Source of the DNA: Halothiobacillus sp.
Lineage (GTDB): Bacteria; Pseudomonadota; Gammaproteobacteria; Halothiobacillales; Halothiobacillaceae
Direction of reading: 5' to 3'
Length of the DNA: 63,861 bases
Assembly: GCF_027346185.1 (NCBI RefSeq)
Contig: NZ_DAIESY010000042.1
Span: forward strand, 1 to 63,861
The position numbers and the translations under genes are program-made. Below are positions 8,266-17,612 of this stretch, piece by piece. How positions within the stretch are numbered: position 1 is the first letter of the stretch; each line of letters begins with the position of its first letter. The notes below the pieces were generated by a model. That model was not told where the DNA came from and did not search any database. It was given only the letters and a program-made list of their open reading frames with translations.

Positions 8266-10770
8266 TTATTCCGACTCGGGTGCGGCAGGTTTTTTGCTGC
8301 GGGTAGTGGTCGCCTTTTTTGCCGGAGTTTTCTTTGCAGGCGCATCCATATCGGTCGCGCTGGCCTTTTTGACGCGCGTCGTTGTCGATTTCTTGGCTGG
8401 GGTTTTTGGGGCCGTCGCTTTTGGAGCGGCTGTTTTCTTGGTCGTCGTTTTCGCAGCGGTTTTGCCGCGCGCCGATTTCTTTTCGGGTGCGGCGGCAAGC
8501 AAGGCGACGCACTCGTCCAGTGTCAGAGATTTTGGATCCTTGTCCTTGGGGATTTTGGCGTTCTTTTTGCCGTCGGTGATGTAGGGGCCGTAGCGACCGT
8601 TTTGCACCGACACACCATTATCAAACTGGGTGATGTAGCGATTCTTCTCGGCGAGCTTTTTGATCTCGATGATTTCAAGCGCGCGGGGTAATTCGATGGT
8701 GTACGGATCATCATCCTTGCCCAGCGATGCGTACATCTTGCCGAATTTCACGAATGGGCCGAAGCGGCCGATGGCAACCTCGACCGGTTCGCCTTCCGGG
8801 GTTTCCCCCAGATGTCTTGGCAGCTGAAACAGATCCAGCGCTTCATCCAGCGTAATGGTGGCAATACTCTGGCTGCGCTTGAGCGAGGCGAACTTGGGTT
8901 TTTCCTCGTCGTCCTTGGTGCCGATCTGGACGAAGGGGCCGAACCGCCCGAGACGGACGGAGACGGGTTTGCCCGATTTGGGATCAATCCCCAGTTCACG
9001 CCCCTGGGCGGCCTCCTGCCGGGTGACATTCTCATTGGTGTGCTCGACGCGGTCATGGAAGGGCTTCCAGAACTCGCGCATCAATGGCACCCAATCGCGC
9101 TCGCCACGGGATACGGCATCCAGGTCGTCTTCCAGCTTGGCGGTGAATTCGTAATCGACGATGTCGCGGAAGTAGTCGGTCAGAAAGCCATTGACGACCC
9201 GGCCCATATCGGTGGGTTTGAAGCGTCGCTGGTCGAGCAGCACGTATTCGCGCGCCTGAAGTGTGGAGATGATGCTGGCATAGGTCGAAGGGCGACCGAT
9301 ACCGTATTCTTCCAGCGTCTTGACCAGACTCGCCTCGGTAAAGCGCGGTGGTGGCTCGGTGAAGTGCTGGTCGGCGGCGATGTCGTTCAGGGTGATCTTG
9401 TCGCCTACGGCCAATGGCGGCAGACGGCGATCCTCGTCATTGTCGCCGGACGCATCGTCTTCATCCTCGCGATAAAGCGCGATGAAGCCAGGGAATTTGA
9501 GGGTGGAGCCATTGGCGCGGAAGCTGTATTGATCATTGACCGCGAGATCGACAGAAACCTGATCGTAGACAGCCGGCGTCATTTGCGAAGCGACCGCGCG
9601 CTTGAAAATCATTTCATACAGGCGGAACTGATCCTTGTTCAGGAACGCGCGCACCGATTCGGGGGTATTCGCCGCTGAAGTCGGACGGATGGCCTCATGC
9701 GCTTCTTGCGCGTTTTTGGATTTGGTCTTGTAACGGTTCGCGCTGGCGGGAAGGTAGGCTGCGCCATACTTCTCACCGATATGTGCCCGAATCTCGGTGA
9801 GCGCGTCCTCGGAGAGCGTCACGGCATCGGTTCGCATGTAGGTAATCAAACCCACGGTGCCCGCACCGATGTCGACACCTTCGTACAACTCCTGCGCCAG
9901 GCGCATGACGCGCGATGCGGAGAGCCCGAGTTTGCGAACCCCTTCCTGCTGTAGCGTCGAGGTGGTAAACGGCGGTGCCGGGTTGCGTTTGCGTTCGCGT
10001 TTTTCCACCGAGCGGACGGTGAGCGTGCCGGCGGCGGCTTCGAGGATCCGGTTGCGTGCGGATTGCGCGTCCGTTTCGTTGGTCAGGGTGAATTGTTCGA
10101 CCTTTTGCCCGTCCAGTGTCAGCAGGCGCGCATTGAATCGGCTCTTTTCGGCAGCCCGATCGGCCTGGCAGTCGGCGAGAATGGTCCAGTATTCCTGCGG
10201 GTTGAACGCCTCGATCTCGGCCTCGCGTTCGACGATCAGGCGCAGGGCGGGGCTTTGCACACGTCCGGCGGATAGCCCCGGATTGATCTTTTTCCACAAG
10301 AGCGGCGACAGGTTGAAGCCCACGAGATAATCGAGCGCGCGGCGTGCCTGCTGGGCATTGATCAGATCGATGGAAAGATCACGTGGATGCGCGACCGCTT
10401 CCTGCACCGCTTTTTTGGTGATTTCGTAGAACACCACCCGTTGCGCCGTCTTGTTCTTCAGCAAGCCTGCTTCCGCCAAGAGTTCGCGCAAGTGCCAGGA
10501 AATGGCCTCGCCTTCGCGATCAGGGTCGGTGGCGAGCAGGAGGGTGTCGGCTGATTTCAGTGCCTTTTTAATGGCATCGACGTGGCGAATGTTCTTGTCG
10601 ATCAGGGTGTAGTTCATCGCAAAGTCGTGGGCTGTATCCACAGCGCCGTCTTTGGGGATCAGGTCGCGCACATGACCATAGGACGCGAGTACCTCGTAGC
10701 CGGGCCCGAGGTATTTCTTAATGGTTTTCGCCTTGGCGGGCGACTCAACGATAACAAGCGTTTGGCTCAT
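8266..10770 (-). CDS. topA: DNA topoisomerase I with topoisomerase C-terminal repeats and a Lys/Ala-rich tail
   Basis: LVIVESPAKAKTI, ATDPDREGE, SAGRVQ, GLITYMRTD (catalytic Tyr), GRFGP/GRYGP repeats. Confidence 0.98.
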   Translation of the reverse strand: MSQTLVIVESPAKAKTIKKYLGPGYEVLASYGHVRDLIPKDGAVDTAHDFAMNYTLIDKNIRHVDAIKKALKSADTLLLATDPDREGEAISWHLRELLAEAGLLKNKTAQRVVFYEITKKAVQEAVAHPRDLSIDLINAQQARRALDYLVGFNLSPLLWKKINPGLSAGRVQSPALRLIVEREAEIEAFNPQEYWTILADCQADRAAEKSRFNARLLTLDGQKVEQFTLTNETDAQSARNRILEAAAGTLTVRSVEKRERKRNPAPPFTTSTLQQEGVRKLGLSASRVMRLAQELYEGVDIGAGTVGLITYMRTDAVTLSEDALTEIRAHIGEKYGAAYLPASANRYKTKSKNAQEAHEAIRPTSAANTPESVRAFLNKDQFRLYEMIFKRAVASQMTPAVYDQVSVDLAVNDQYSFRANGSTLKFPGFIALYREDEDDASGDNDEDRRLPPLAVGDKITLNDIAADQHFTEPPPRFTEASLVKTLEEYGIGRPSTYASIISTLQAREYVLLDQRRFKPTDMGRVVNGFLTDYFRDIVDYEFTAKLEDDLDAVSRGERDWVPLMREFWKPFHDRVEHTNENVTRQEAAQGRELGIDPKSGKPVSVRLGRFGPFVQIGTKDDEEKPKFASLKRSQSIATITLDEALDLFQLPRHLGETPEGEPVEVAIGRFGPFVKFGKMYASLGKDDDPYTIELPRALEIIEIKKLAEKNRYITQFDNGVSVQNGRYGPYITDGKKNAKIPKDKDPKSLTLDECVALLAAAPEKKSARGKTAAKTTTKKTAAPKATAPKTPAKKSTTTRVKKASATDMDAPAKKTPAKKATTTRSKKPAAPESE

Positions 10771-10804
10771 AGGAGTTCGGCGATCTCAGGAAGGGGGCTA
10801 AAAA

Positions 10805-11305
10805 TCAGTGCAACAATTCGGCTGTTTCGGCGAACACGAGGTCCTCCATCCAGGCAAATGCGGCTTCCTCGCCGGGTCGGGCGAACAGCACGAGCATGAC
10901 GACCCATTTGATGTCTTCGATATCCAGTTCTTCGTTATCCAATGCCAGTGCGCGCTCGATGACGGTTTCTCGTGTCTGAGCGCTCAGGATGCCAATAGCC
11001 TCGAGTTGGACCAGCAGGCCACGCGACTCGACATCCAAGGCCATCTGTTCCTCGGCCGTAAATACGCGGAACGAGGTTGGCTTAGGCGCGCTGACTTCTG
11101 CCAGAGGCAGGTTGGATAGCTCTGCCGGTTCGCTGGCTGCCGCATCCAGCCAGGAAAACGCACGTCCGATCTCATCAGCGTCAAAACCGGCATGGAGCAG
11201 TTTTTTCTGGAGATCCGTGCGCAGTGGCGCTGGAGGCAAGTGGGGTTCTTCTTCCATATGGTTTTCAAACAGATACATCAACAAATCAAGCACGGTTTCT
11301 TTCAT
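10805..11305 (-). CDS. smg: Smg / DUF494 protein
   Basis: MKETVLDLLMYLFEN..., AGFDADEIGRAFSWL, KWVVMLVLF; lies between dprA and topA. Confidence 0.92.
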   Translation of the reverse strand: MKETVLDLLMYLFENHMEEEPHLPPAPLRTDLQKKLLHAGFDADEIGRAFSWLDAAASEPAELSNLPLAEVSAPKPTSFRVFTAEEQMALDVESRGLLVQLEAIGILSAQTRETVIERALALDNEELDIEDIKWVVMLVLFARPGEEAAFAWMEDLVFAETAELLH

Positions 11306-11352
11306 GGAATCTCTCAGGGGACGAAGTTGAACGACGCTCGGTTGCCCGTACG

Positions 11353-12507
11353 TCAGGCCGTTCTCACATACAACCCTCCGGGTAAGGTGGTGACGTGTCC
11401 AGCAAGTTCAAGCATGAGGAGGATGGAGGAAACTTCGGCAGGGGTCAATCCGCTGGACGCAATAAGCGTGTCTGCAGATTGAGGATCGAAGCCAAGACAG
11501 TCCAGAATTTTCTGTTCTTCCGGGTCGAGGTGGGCGGCGGGAACGGTGGTTGGCTCTGGTTCGAACGAGGCGGTGTCGACCGTTTGACGCAGGCGTGCGC
11601 CGAGGGTGTCGATGAGTTCCTCGAAAATGTCCTGGGCGGTTTCGACCAGCTTGGCGCCTTCCCGGATGAGTCGGTGCGGGCCGCGACTCAAGGGGTTGTG
11701 AATCGATCCGGGAATGGCAAAGACTTCGCGCCCCTGCTCGGCGGCAAGGCGCGCGGTAATGAGTGAACCGCTCTGCAGGCTGGCTTCCACAATCAGTACG
11801 CCTTCCGACAGACCGCTGATCAACCGATTGCGCCGAGGGAAATGCTCCTTTCTGGCTAGGGTGCCGGGGGGCCATTCGCTGATGAGCAAGCCACCTTGTG
11901 CCACGATTTGCTCGGCGAGTTCACGGTGTTCGCGCGGGTAGATGATATCCGGTCCGGTTCCCATGACGGCAATGGTGGCGCCGTGAGCGGCCAGAGCCCC
12001 GCGATGGGCAGCGGCGTCAATTCCCAGCGCCAGCCCGCTGGTGATGACGAGGCCCTGCGCCGACAAATAGCGGGCGAAGGCGCGCGCATTGTTAATCCCG
12101 CCGCTCGTCGGTGTACGGGCGCCGACGATGGCAAGTTGTGGCTCACCCAGTAGCCGGATGTCGCCTTTGCCAAAGAGTGCCGCAGGCGCGTCGGGAAGGT
12201 CGGCAAGTTGTGGTGGATATGATGCGTCTGCGGCGAGTACCAGATGGTGCTGTTCGGATTCATTGAGCCAGGACAGCATGGTTTCGACACGATCAGCCAT
12301 GCCGCGAGGTTGTTGATGGGCCAGAGAGGCGGGTATGCCCAGGCGAATCCATTCCGATGCGGGTGCCTGTAGGGCTGCCTGCGGTGTGTCGAATGCTTCC
12401 AGAAGGCGGCGCAGACGTTTCGGGCCCATGCCATTGATGGTGATCAGAAATAGTAACGCCCGGCGCGCATCGGCGTCGGGCGTTGTTTGGTGCTCAAAGT
12501 TCAACAA
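11353..12507 (-). CDS. dprA: DNA-processing protein DprA
   Basis: AIVGAR, ITSGLALGIDAAAH, FPRRNRLISGLS, SGSLITA; C-terminal winged helix. Confidence 0.97.
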   Translation of the reverse strand: MLNFEHQTTPDADARRALLFLITINGMGPKRLRRLLEAFDTPQAALQAPASEWIRLGIPASLAHQQPRGMADRVETMLSWLNESEQHHLVLAADASYPPQLADLPDAPAALFGKGDIRLLGEPQLAIVGARTPTSGGINNARAFARYLSAQGLVITSGLALGIDAAAHRGALAAHGATIAVMGTGPDIIYPREHRELAEQIVAQGGLLISEWPPGTLARKEHFPRRNRLISGLSEGVLIVEASLQSGSLITARLAAEQGREVFAIPGSIHNPLSRGPHRLIREGAKLVETAQDIFEELIDTLGARLRQTVDTASFEPEPTTVPAAHLDPEEQKILDCLGFDPQSADTLIASSGLTPAEVSSILLMLELAGHVTTLPGGLYVRTA

Positions 12508-12537
12508 TGAAAAGACGCGCCATGAGGGCGATGCGCT

Positions 12538-13719
12538 TCAATTAGCGGTTGGTGTTTGCAGCAAATCGCCAATGCGAATCGGCCGCTTGGTTTGTACCAC
12601 AAGTGCCAAGCTGGCACGGTCGTACACACGAAACACCATGGCGGTGCCAATAGGGAAGTCGGGAAGCTTGACCATGGGCGGCGAGGGCATCTGGAAACCG
12701 TCCGGTTTGGCGTTCTTCTCGACTTCTTCAGGGTTGACCGAGTATTTATCGCTGACGATCCGGCCGGGCTTGCTGATGCGCAACATATCGCCAGGCACCA
12801 GGCCGTTGCGGCTACCGGCATTGATGATCACAACCTGATAGGTGCCGACTTGGGTGATGGCGTCGGGGATGTCGATGACCACGGCGTCGATTGGCACGGC
12901 CGGAATGCTGGGGCTGACATCGTGGTCGAACGGTTCGTTGATCACGGGTAGTACACGGTCGCCATCCATGATTTCGCGCTCGCTTTTGGTGATGCGCAAG
13001 GTGGTCGGATCACCGCGGTGCATGACCTCGGCTTGGCCTTTGTAAATGGCGCGATAGCCGAGGAAGTCTCCTGTGACCGGATCAACCAGCGGTTTGCCCT
13101 TGCCGAGAATTGAGAACGTATTCGAGTTTTCCGTCAGGGCAGGGCGGGCGTACACGACATCGCCGAAGCTGGTGGTCGAGGTTTGATTGCGGTTGGCTAG
13201 CACATAGGGCGCCTCCGCCAATTGCTTCTCGGTCATGATCTGGTCATAGGACAAAAACGGCTTGAGATCTTCCAGCGGGATGGCCGATATTGCGGGCGGT
13301 AGGGTCTCGTAGCGAATATGGGGACGCAAGGTAATGCCCAGGCGCGGTTTGCCGCCGATGTACATGATACCGATCTTGTCACCAGGATAGATTTTGTGCG
13401 GGTTCTTGATGTCGGGATTGTCGTACCAGATTTCAGGCCAGTAGTACGGATCTTTCAAGAAGTGGTTGGCGATCGACCAGAGCGTGTCACCCTTCTTGAC
13501 CGTGTATTCATTGGCCTTGAGGGAAATGAACTGTGCCTTGGTTTCTTCTGGTGTCAGCGTGCCTTTGACCGGGCCGCGAGTGGCACCGAGCGGTAATCCA
13601 TAAGGCGTGGGCTGGTTCACGATGTTAACAGGTGGGCGCTCCGATGCACAGCCGGACAGCAACGCGGTGGTAATGAGGGATAACGAGAGTAGAACCGGTA
13701 ATCCTTTTGACGATCTCAT
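12538..13719 (-). CDS. LysM peptidoglycan-binding lipoprotein (TsaP-like)
   Basis: AAGGA RBS before ATG 13719; lipobox LSGC; YTVKKGDTLWSIA...WPEIW..NPDIKNPHKIYPGD; conserved position between dprA and def. Confidence 0.88.
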   Translation of the reverse strand: MRSSKGLPVLLSLSLITTALLSGCASERPPVNIVNQPTPYGLPLGATRGPVKGTLTPEETKAQFISLKANEYTVKKGDTLWSIANHFLKDPYYWPEIWYDNPDIKNPHKIYPGDKIGIMYIGGKPRLGITLRPHIRYETLPPAISAIPLEDLKPFLSYDQIMTEKQLAEAPYVLANRNQTSTTSFGDVVYARPALTENSNTFSILGKGKPLVDPVTGDFLGYRAIYKGQAEVMHRGDPTTLRITKSEREIMDGDRVLPVINEPFDHDVSPSIPAVPIDAVVIDIPDAITQVGTYQVVIINAGSRNGLVPGDMLRISKPGRIVSDKYSVNPEEVEKNAKPDGFQMPSPPMVKLPDFPIGTAMVFRVYDRASLALVVQTKRPIRIGDLLQTPTAN

Positions 13720-14077
13720 GGGCAACATCCTTGGGTTTTCAGCCGAAAACGGGACAACATCAGGGCGGTGGTCGAACCCTTGATGTTTATGGGTTCGCGG
13801 CGCACCGCCCGAGTACATGATCTAGGTACGTGGCCTAGGTACAAAGCTTGGGCTCGCGTACAATGTTGCGGTAAATATCCTTATTTGTAAAAGAATTTGA
13901 GCGCCGCGTCCACAGGATTGTGAGTCGATTGATCCGCAAAATCGGCGGACGGTGATGTTTTTCTGCGATGATGGACAGATGTCTGGTGTTGTTTTTCGGA
14001 GCCGTCGCCATATTTTGCTAAGGTTCTCGATGCCTCCGGGATGTATTCCAAGTATTTATTAGTGAGTTTTGGTTGAT

Positions 14078-14593
14078 ATGTCGTTACTTGAAGTGTTGCT
14101 TTTCCCAGATGAACGGCTGCGCCGGGTGGCTGCCGAAGTCAAGCAGTTTGACGCGCGCGTGCAGCGTCTGAGCGAGCAGATGCTGGAAACCATGTATGAC
14201 TCTCGAGGTGTTGGGCTGGCCGCCACCCAGGTCGATGTGCATGAACGTATTTTCGTGGCAGACTGCGCCGGGGACAATTGCCCGGCGGAACCACTGGTTT
14301 TCATCAATCCGGTGATTCTGGAACGTAGTGGCTTGGTCGAATCGGAAGAGGGTTGCCTTTCGATCCCCGGTGTTACCGATAAAGTGATGCGTGCCGAAGC
14401 CGTTCGCGTACGTGCACAGGATATCTCGGGGAAAAGTTTTGAACGTGAGGCGGGTGGCTTGCTGGCCATCTGCATTCAGCATGAAATCGACCATCTTGAT
14501 GGGCGGCTCTTTATTGATTACCTCTCGCCGCTCAAGCGTCAGCGTATTCGTAAAAAACTTGAAAAAGCCCAGCGCCAAAAGGAATCAGCATGA
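14078..14593 (+). CDS. def: Peptide deformylase
   Basis: [23 protein letters not shown]. Confidence 0.97.
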   Translation: MSLLEVLLFPDERLRRVAAEVKQFDARVQRLSEQMLETMYDSRGVGLAATQVDVHERIFVADCAGDNCPAEPLVFINPVILERSGLVESEEGCLSIPGVTDKVMRAEAVRVRAQDISGKSFEREAGGLLAICIQHEIDHLDGRLFIDYLSPLKRQRIRKKLEKAQRQKESA

Positions 14594-15525
14594 CAGTGCG
14601 CATCCTGTACGCAGGTACGCCTTTGTTTGCTGTGCCCGCCCTCCAGGCTTTGGCTGGAGATGATTCCGTGGAAGTGCTGGCGGTGTACACCCAGCCCGAC
14701 CGTCCATCTGGCCGTGGGCAGAAGTTAACACAGTCACCGGTGAAGGAAGCCGCGCTGGCGCTCGGAATCCCCGTGGAACAGCCGCCGAGCTTGCGTGATG
14801 AATCGGCGCAGGCTGTGCTGGCCGGTTACCGACCCGACCTCATGGTTGTTGCCGCCTATGGCCTTATTCTTCCGGTTCCGGTTCTCGAGACACCCCGATT
14901 GGGTGCGATCAATATTCACGCCTCACTTTTACCGCGCTGGCGTGGGGCGGCCCCCATTGCCCGAGCCATCGAGGCGGGCGACCGGCAAACGGGCATCACG
15001 ATCATGCAGATGGCCCAGGGCCTGGATACCGGCGATATGCTGTACAAGGTTGCGTTGGCGATCGAGCCGACAGATACCGCGGCCACGCTGCATGATCGGC
15101 TGGCCGAACTGGGGGCGCAGGCTTTGATGACCGCGCTGCCCGGCATTGTCGTGGGCGCGATGACGCCCGAGCCGCAGGATGATACCCAGGCCTGCTATGC
15201 GGCGAAGTTGAGCAAGCTCGAGGGGCGGCTTGACTGGCGCGAACCGGCCGACCTGCTGGCACGCCGCGTGCGAGCCTTCGATCCGTGGCCAGTCGCGTAT
15301 ACTGAGTTCAAGTCTGCTTCATTGCGAATATGGTCGGCCGAGGTCGAACCGGACTGCCCTCAAGCCCGCCCCGGCTCTGTGGTGGGGGTTGATGCATCGG
15401 GGTTTGTTATCGCCACCGCCGAAGGGGGTTTGCGGGTACTGACCTGTCAGCAGGCGGGTGGTAAGCGGATCTGTGCGGCCGATTTCGCGCGCAATCATCA
15501 ATTGCTGGGTACCTGTTTTGACTGA
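14590..15525 (+). CDS. fmt: Methionyl-tRNA formyltransferase
   Basis: [40 protein letters not shown]. Confidence 0.97.
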   Translation: MTVRILYAGTPLFAVPALQALAGDDSVEVLAVYTQPDRPSGRGQKLTQSPVKEAALALGIPVEQPPSLRDESAQAVLAGYRPDLMVVAAYGLILPVPVLETPRLGAINIHASLLPRWRGAAPIARAIEAGDRQTGITIMQMAQGLDTGDMLYKVALAIEPTDTAATLHDRLAELGAQALMTALPGIVVGAMTPEPQDDTQACYAAKLSKLEGRLDWREPADLLARRVRAFDPWPVAYTEFKSASLRIWSAEVEPDCPQARPGSVVGVDASGFVIATAEGGLRVLTCQQAGGKRICAADFARNHQLLGTCFD

Positions 15526-17014
15526 TCCTTATAAAAATCCCCAAACAAAGCCATGGGGCCGCCGTTCGGATCGATCTTCCCCATCTACCCCGAAAGGCCA
15601 GACACAGAAGGGCTCTTCGGCGAAATCGTCGCACAGGCCGCATCAGCACTCGGTAGCGACGTTTGATCCGGATCGTCCTGTCCGAGTCGATCCACACACC
15701 TTGCCTCGATTGTCTCCCGAAGCCTTGACGGCGCAGCTCCTGTTGTCGGTTGTCGTGCAGGGGGTGTCGCTCGATGCCGCCTTGGGGCGGGTACTGTCCC
15801 AGGCACAGCCGGTTCATCGCGGTCTGGTTCAGGCAATGGGTTATGAGGTGCTTCGGCATTATGAAGCGCTGGTATTCTGGCGAGACAGTCTGCTGGAGCG
15901 CTCCATCCCGGCCAAATCGGCCATTATCGCGTTGTTGCTTCTGGTCGGGCTGGAGCGCATTCGCGGTGCACGTCGAGAGGCCTCGCGCTCTGTCAATTCC
16001 GCTGTGCAAGCCGCAAGGGAGCTCGGGCATCCGTGGGCGACCGGTTTGCTCAATGCAGTGTTGAGACGAGCGGCGCGTCAAATCGAAGAAGGTGTTGATC
16101 CCTTTGCCGGAGCCACGCCTGCTGCTGCCGCGCGCTTGCCGGCGTGGTTGTTCGACGCGCTGGTCGCCGATTGGGGGGAGGAGCGCGCGTCCCGCCTGGG
16201 GTTCGCGCTGGCGACGCATCCGCCCATGACCTTGCGTGTGGTGGGTGATCGGGCGGTTTATGGCGAGCAACTGACTTCGATGGAGATCGAGGCAAACCCC
16301 ACGGCCTTTTCGACGCGCGGGCTCAATCTGGTTCATCCCATGGATGTCGACCGCCTGCCCGGTTTCGGTGAGGGGCAGGTGTCGGTTCAGGATGAAGCCG
16401 CCCAGTGGGTTGTCGACCTGCTCGATCTGGCTCCGAGGCTGCACGTGCTCGATGCCTGTAGCTCGCCCGGCGGCAAGACGCTGGCTATGTTGCAGCACCA
16501 GCCAGAGGCAAGTGTGACGGCAGTGGATATCGATACCACGCGTATGGCGCGGGTACAGGAAAACCTGGAACGCGGCCGGGTGTTCGCCCGCTTGATTGTC
16601 GGTGATGCGGGCGCACCTCAAGACTGGTGGGATGGTCAGCACTTCGATCGCATCCTTGCCGATGTCCCCTGCTCGGCAACGGGGGTGATCCGGCGTCACC
16701 CCGACATCAAACGTTTACGCCGACCGGAAGACCTGCCCGTTCTGGTCGAGCGGCAGGCGGCGATTCTCGATGCGCTCTGGTCACTGCTCAAGTCGGGCGG
16801 GCGTATGGTCTATGCCACCTGTTCCATCCTGGATCGGGAAAATTCTGCGCAGATAGCCTCGTTCTTGCGGCGTCATGGTGATGCGCGTGCGCTGCCCATG
16901 GCTGTGGATTGGGGTGAGCCGCGACAAATCGATGGGCAGTTTCTGGGGCGACAGGTTTTTCCTGTTTCAGAAGGGCACGATGGGTTCTTTTATGCTGTGC
17001 TGGAAAAAAACTGA
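15518..17014 (+). CDS. rsmB: 16S rRNA m5C967 methyltransferase
   Basis: VQDEAAQ, LDACSSPGGKT, DVPCSATGVIRRHPDIK, YATCS, HDGFFYA. TTG start at 15518 assumed. Confidence 0.95.
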   Translation: MTDPYKNPQTKPWGRRSDRSSPSTPKGQTQKGSSAKSSHRPHQHSVATFDPDRPVRVDPHTLPRLSPEALTAQLLLSVVVQGVSLDAALGRVLSQAQPVHRGLVQAMGYEVLRHYEALVFWRDSLLERSIPAKSAIIALLLLVGLERIRGARREASRSVNSAVQAARELGHPWATGLLNAVLRRAARQIEEGVDPFAGATPAAAARLPAWLFDALVADWGEERASRLGFALATHPPMTLRVVGDRAVYGEQLTSMEIEANPTAFSTRGLNLVHPMDVDRLPGFGEGQVSVQDEAAQWVVDLLDLAPRLHVLDACSSPGGKTLAMLQHQPEASVTAVDIDTTRMARVQENLERGRVFARLIVGDAGAPQDWWDGQHFDRILADVPCSATGVIRRHPDIKRLRRPEDLPVLVERQAAILDALWSLLKSGGRMVYATCSILDRENSAQIASFLRRHGDARALPMAVDWGEPRQIDGQFLGRQVFPVSEGHDGFFYAVLEKN

Positions 17015-17612
17015 TCAGGCGGTCGATCGCTGCCGCGCTGCAGTGTCGGCGCTGTCGTTTTTTCTGCTCCTTCTGTGCGTGCTGCCCGGGGCCCAGGCCA
17101 GTGCATCCAGCGCCACTATTCAGCGGGCTCACGCAGAGATTCGTGAGGGCGTCGTCTATCTCGATATCGACCTCAAACTCTTGCTCGACAAGGAGATGAT
17201 CGATGCCATGCGCAATGCCATCCCGATCAACCTGTCGATGATCTCCGTCATCGAGTCGCCGCGCGACTGGTGGTTTCCAAATGAGGTCGCCTCGGATCAA
17301 CGGCGCTATCGTCTTGAATTCCACGCACTGTCGAAAACCTGGCTTGTGACCGATACCCTAGAACACGAGGCACGCAGTTTCAGCACCTTGGATGGAGCGT
17401 TGCACTCTCTTGAACGGATTCGGGCGTGGCCGGTGACGACTGCTCGCCATCTTGAAGGACATGGTGCTCTGGTCGGGCGGGTGCGCATGGTGCTAGATGT
17501 CAACAAACTGCCATTACCACTGAGGTTTCCTGCCCTGTTTGATCCCCGTTGGTCGCTCAATAGTGACTGGTTTGCCTGGGCAGTACCGACAGCCAGTGAA
17601 GGGGGCGATTGA
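16980..17612 (+). CDS. DUF4390 domain exported protein
   Basis: Hydrophobic signal segment; PRDWW, LDVNKLPLPL; conserved position between rsmB and ntrY. Start uncertain. Confidence 0.8.
   Translation: MGSFMLCWKKTDQAVDRCRAAVSALSFFLLLLCVLPGAQASASSATIQRAHAEIREGVVYLDIDLKLLLDKEMIDAMRNAIPINLSMISVIESPRDWWFPNEVASDQRRYRLEFHALSKTWLVTDTLEHEARSFSTLDGALHSLERIRAWPVTTARHLEGHGALVGRVRMVLDVNKLPLPLRFPALFDPRWSLNSDWFAWAVPTASEGGD

Noticed and set aside
8812-9678. 288-aa ORF on the + strand
   Set aside because: Antisense shadow of topA.
15407-16699. 430-aa ORF on the - strand
   Set aside because: Antisense shadow of rsmB.
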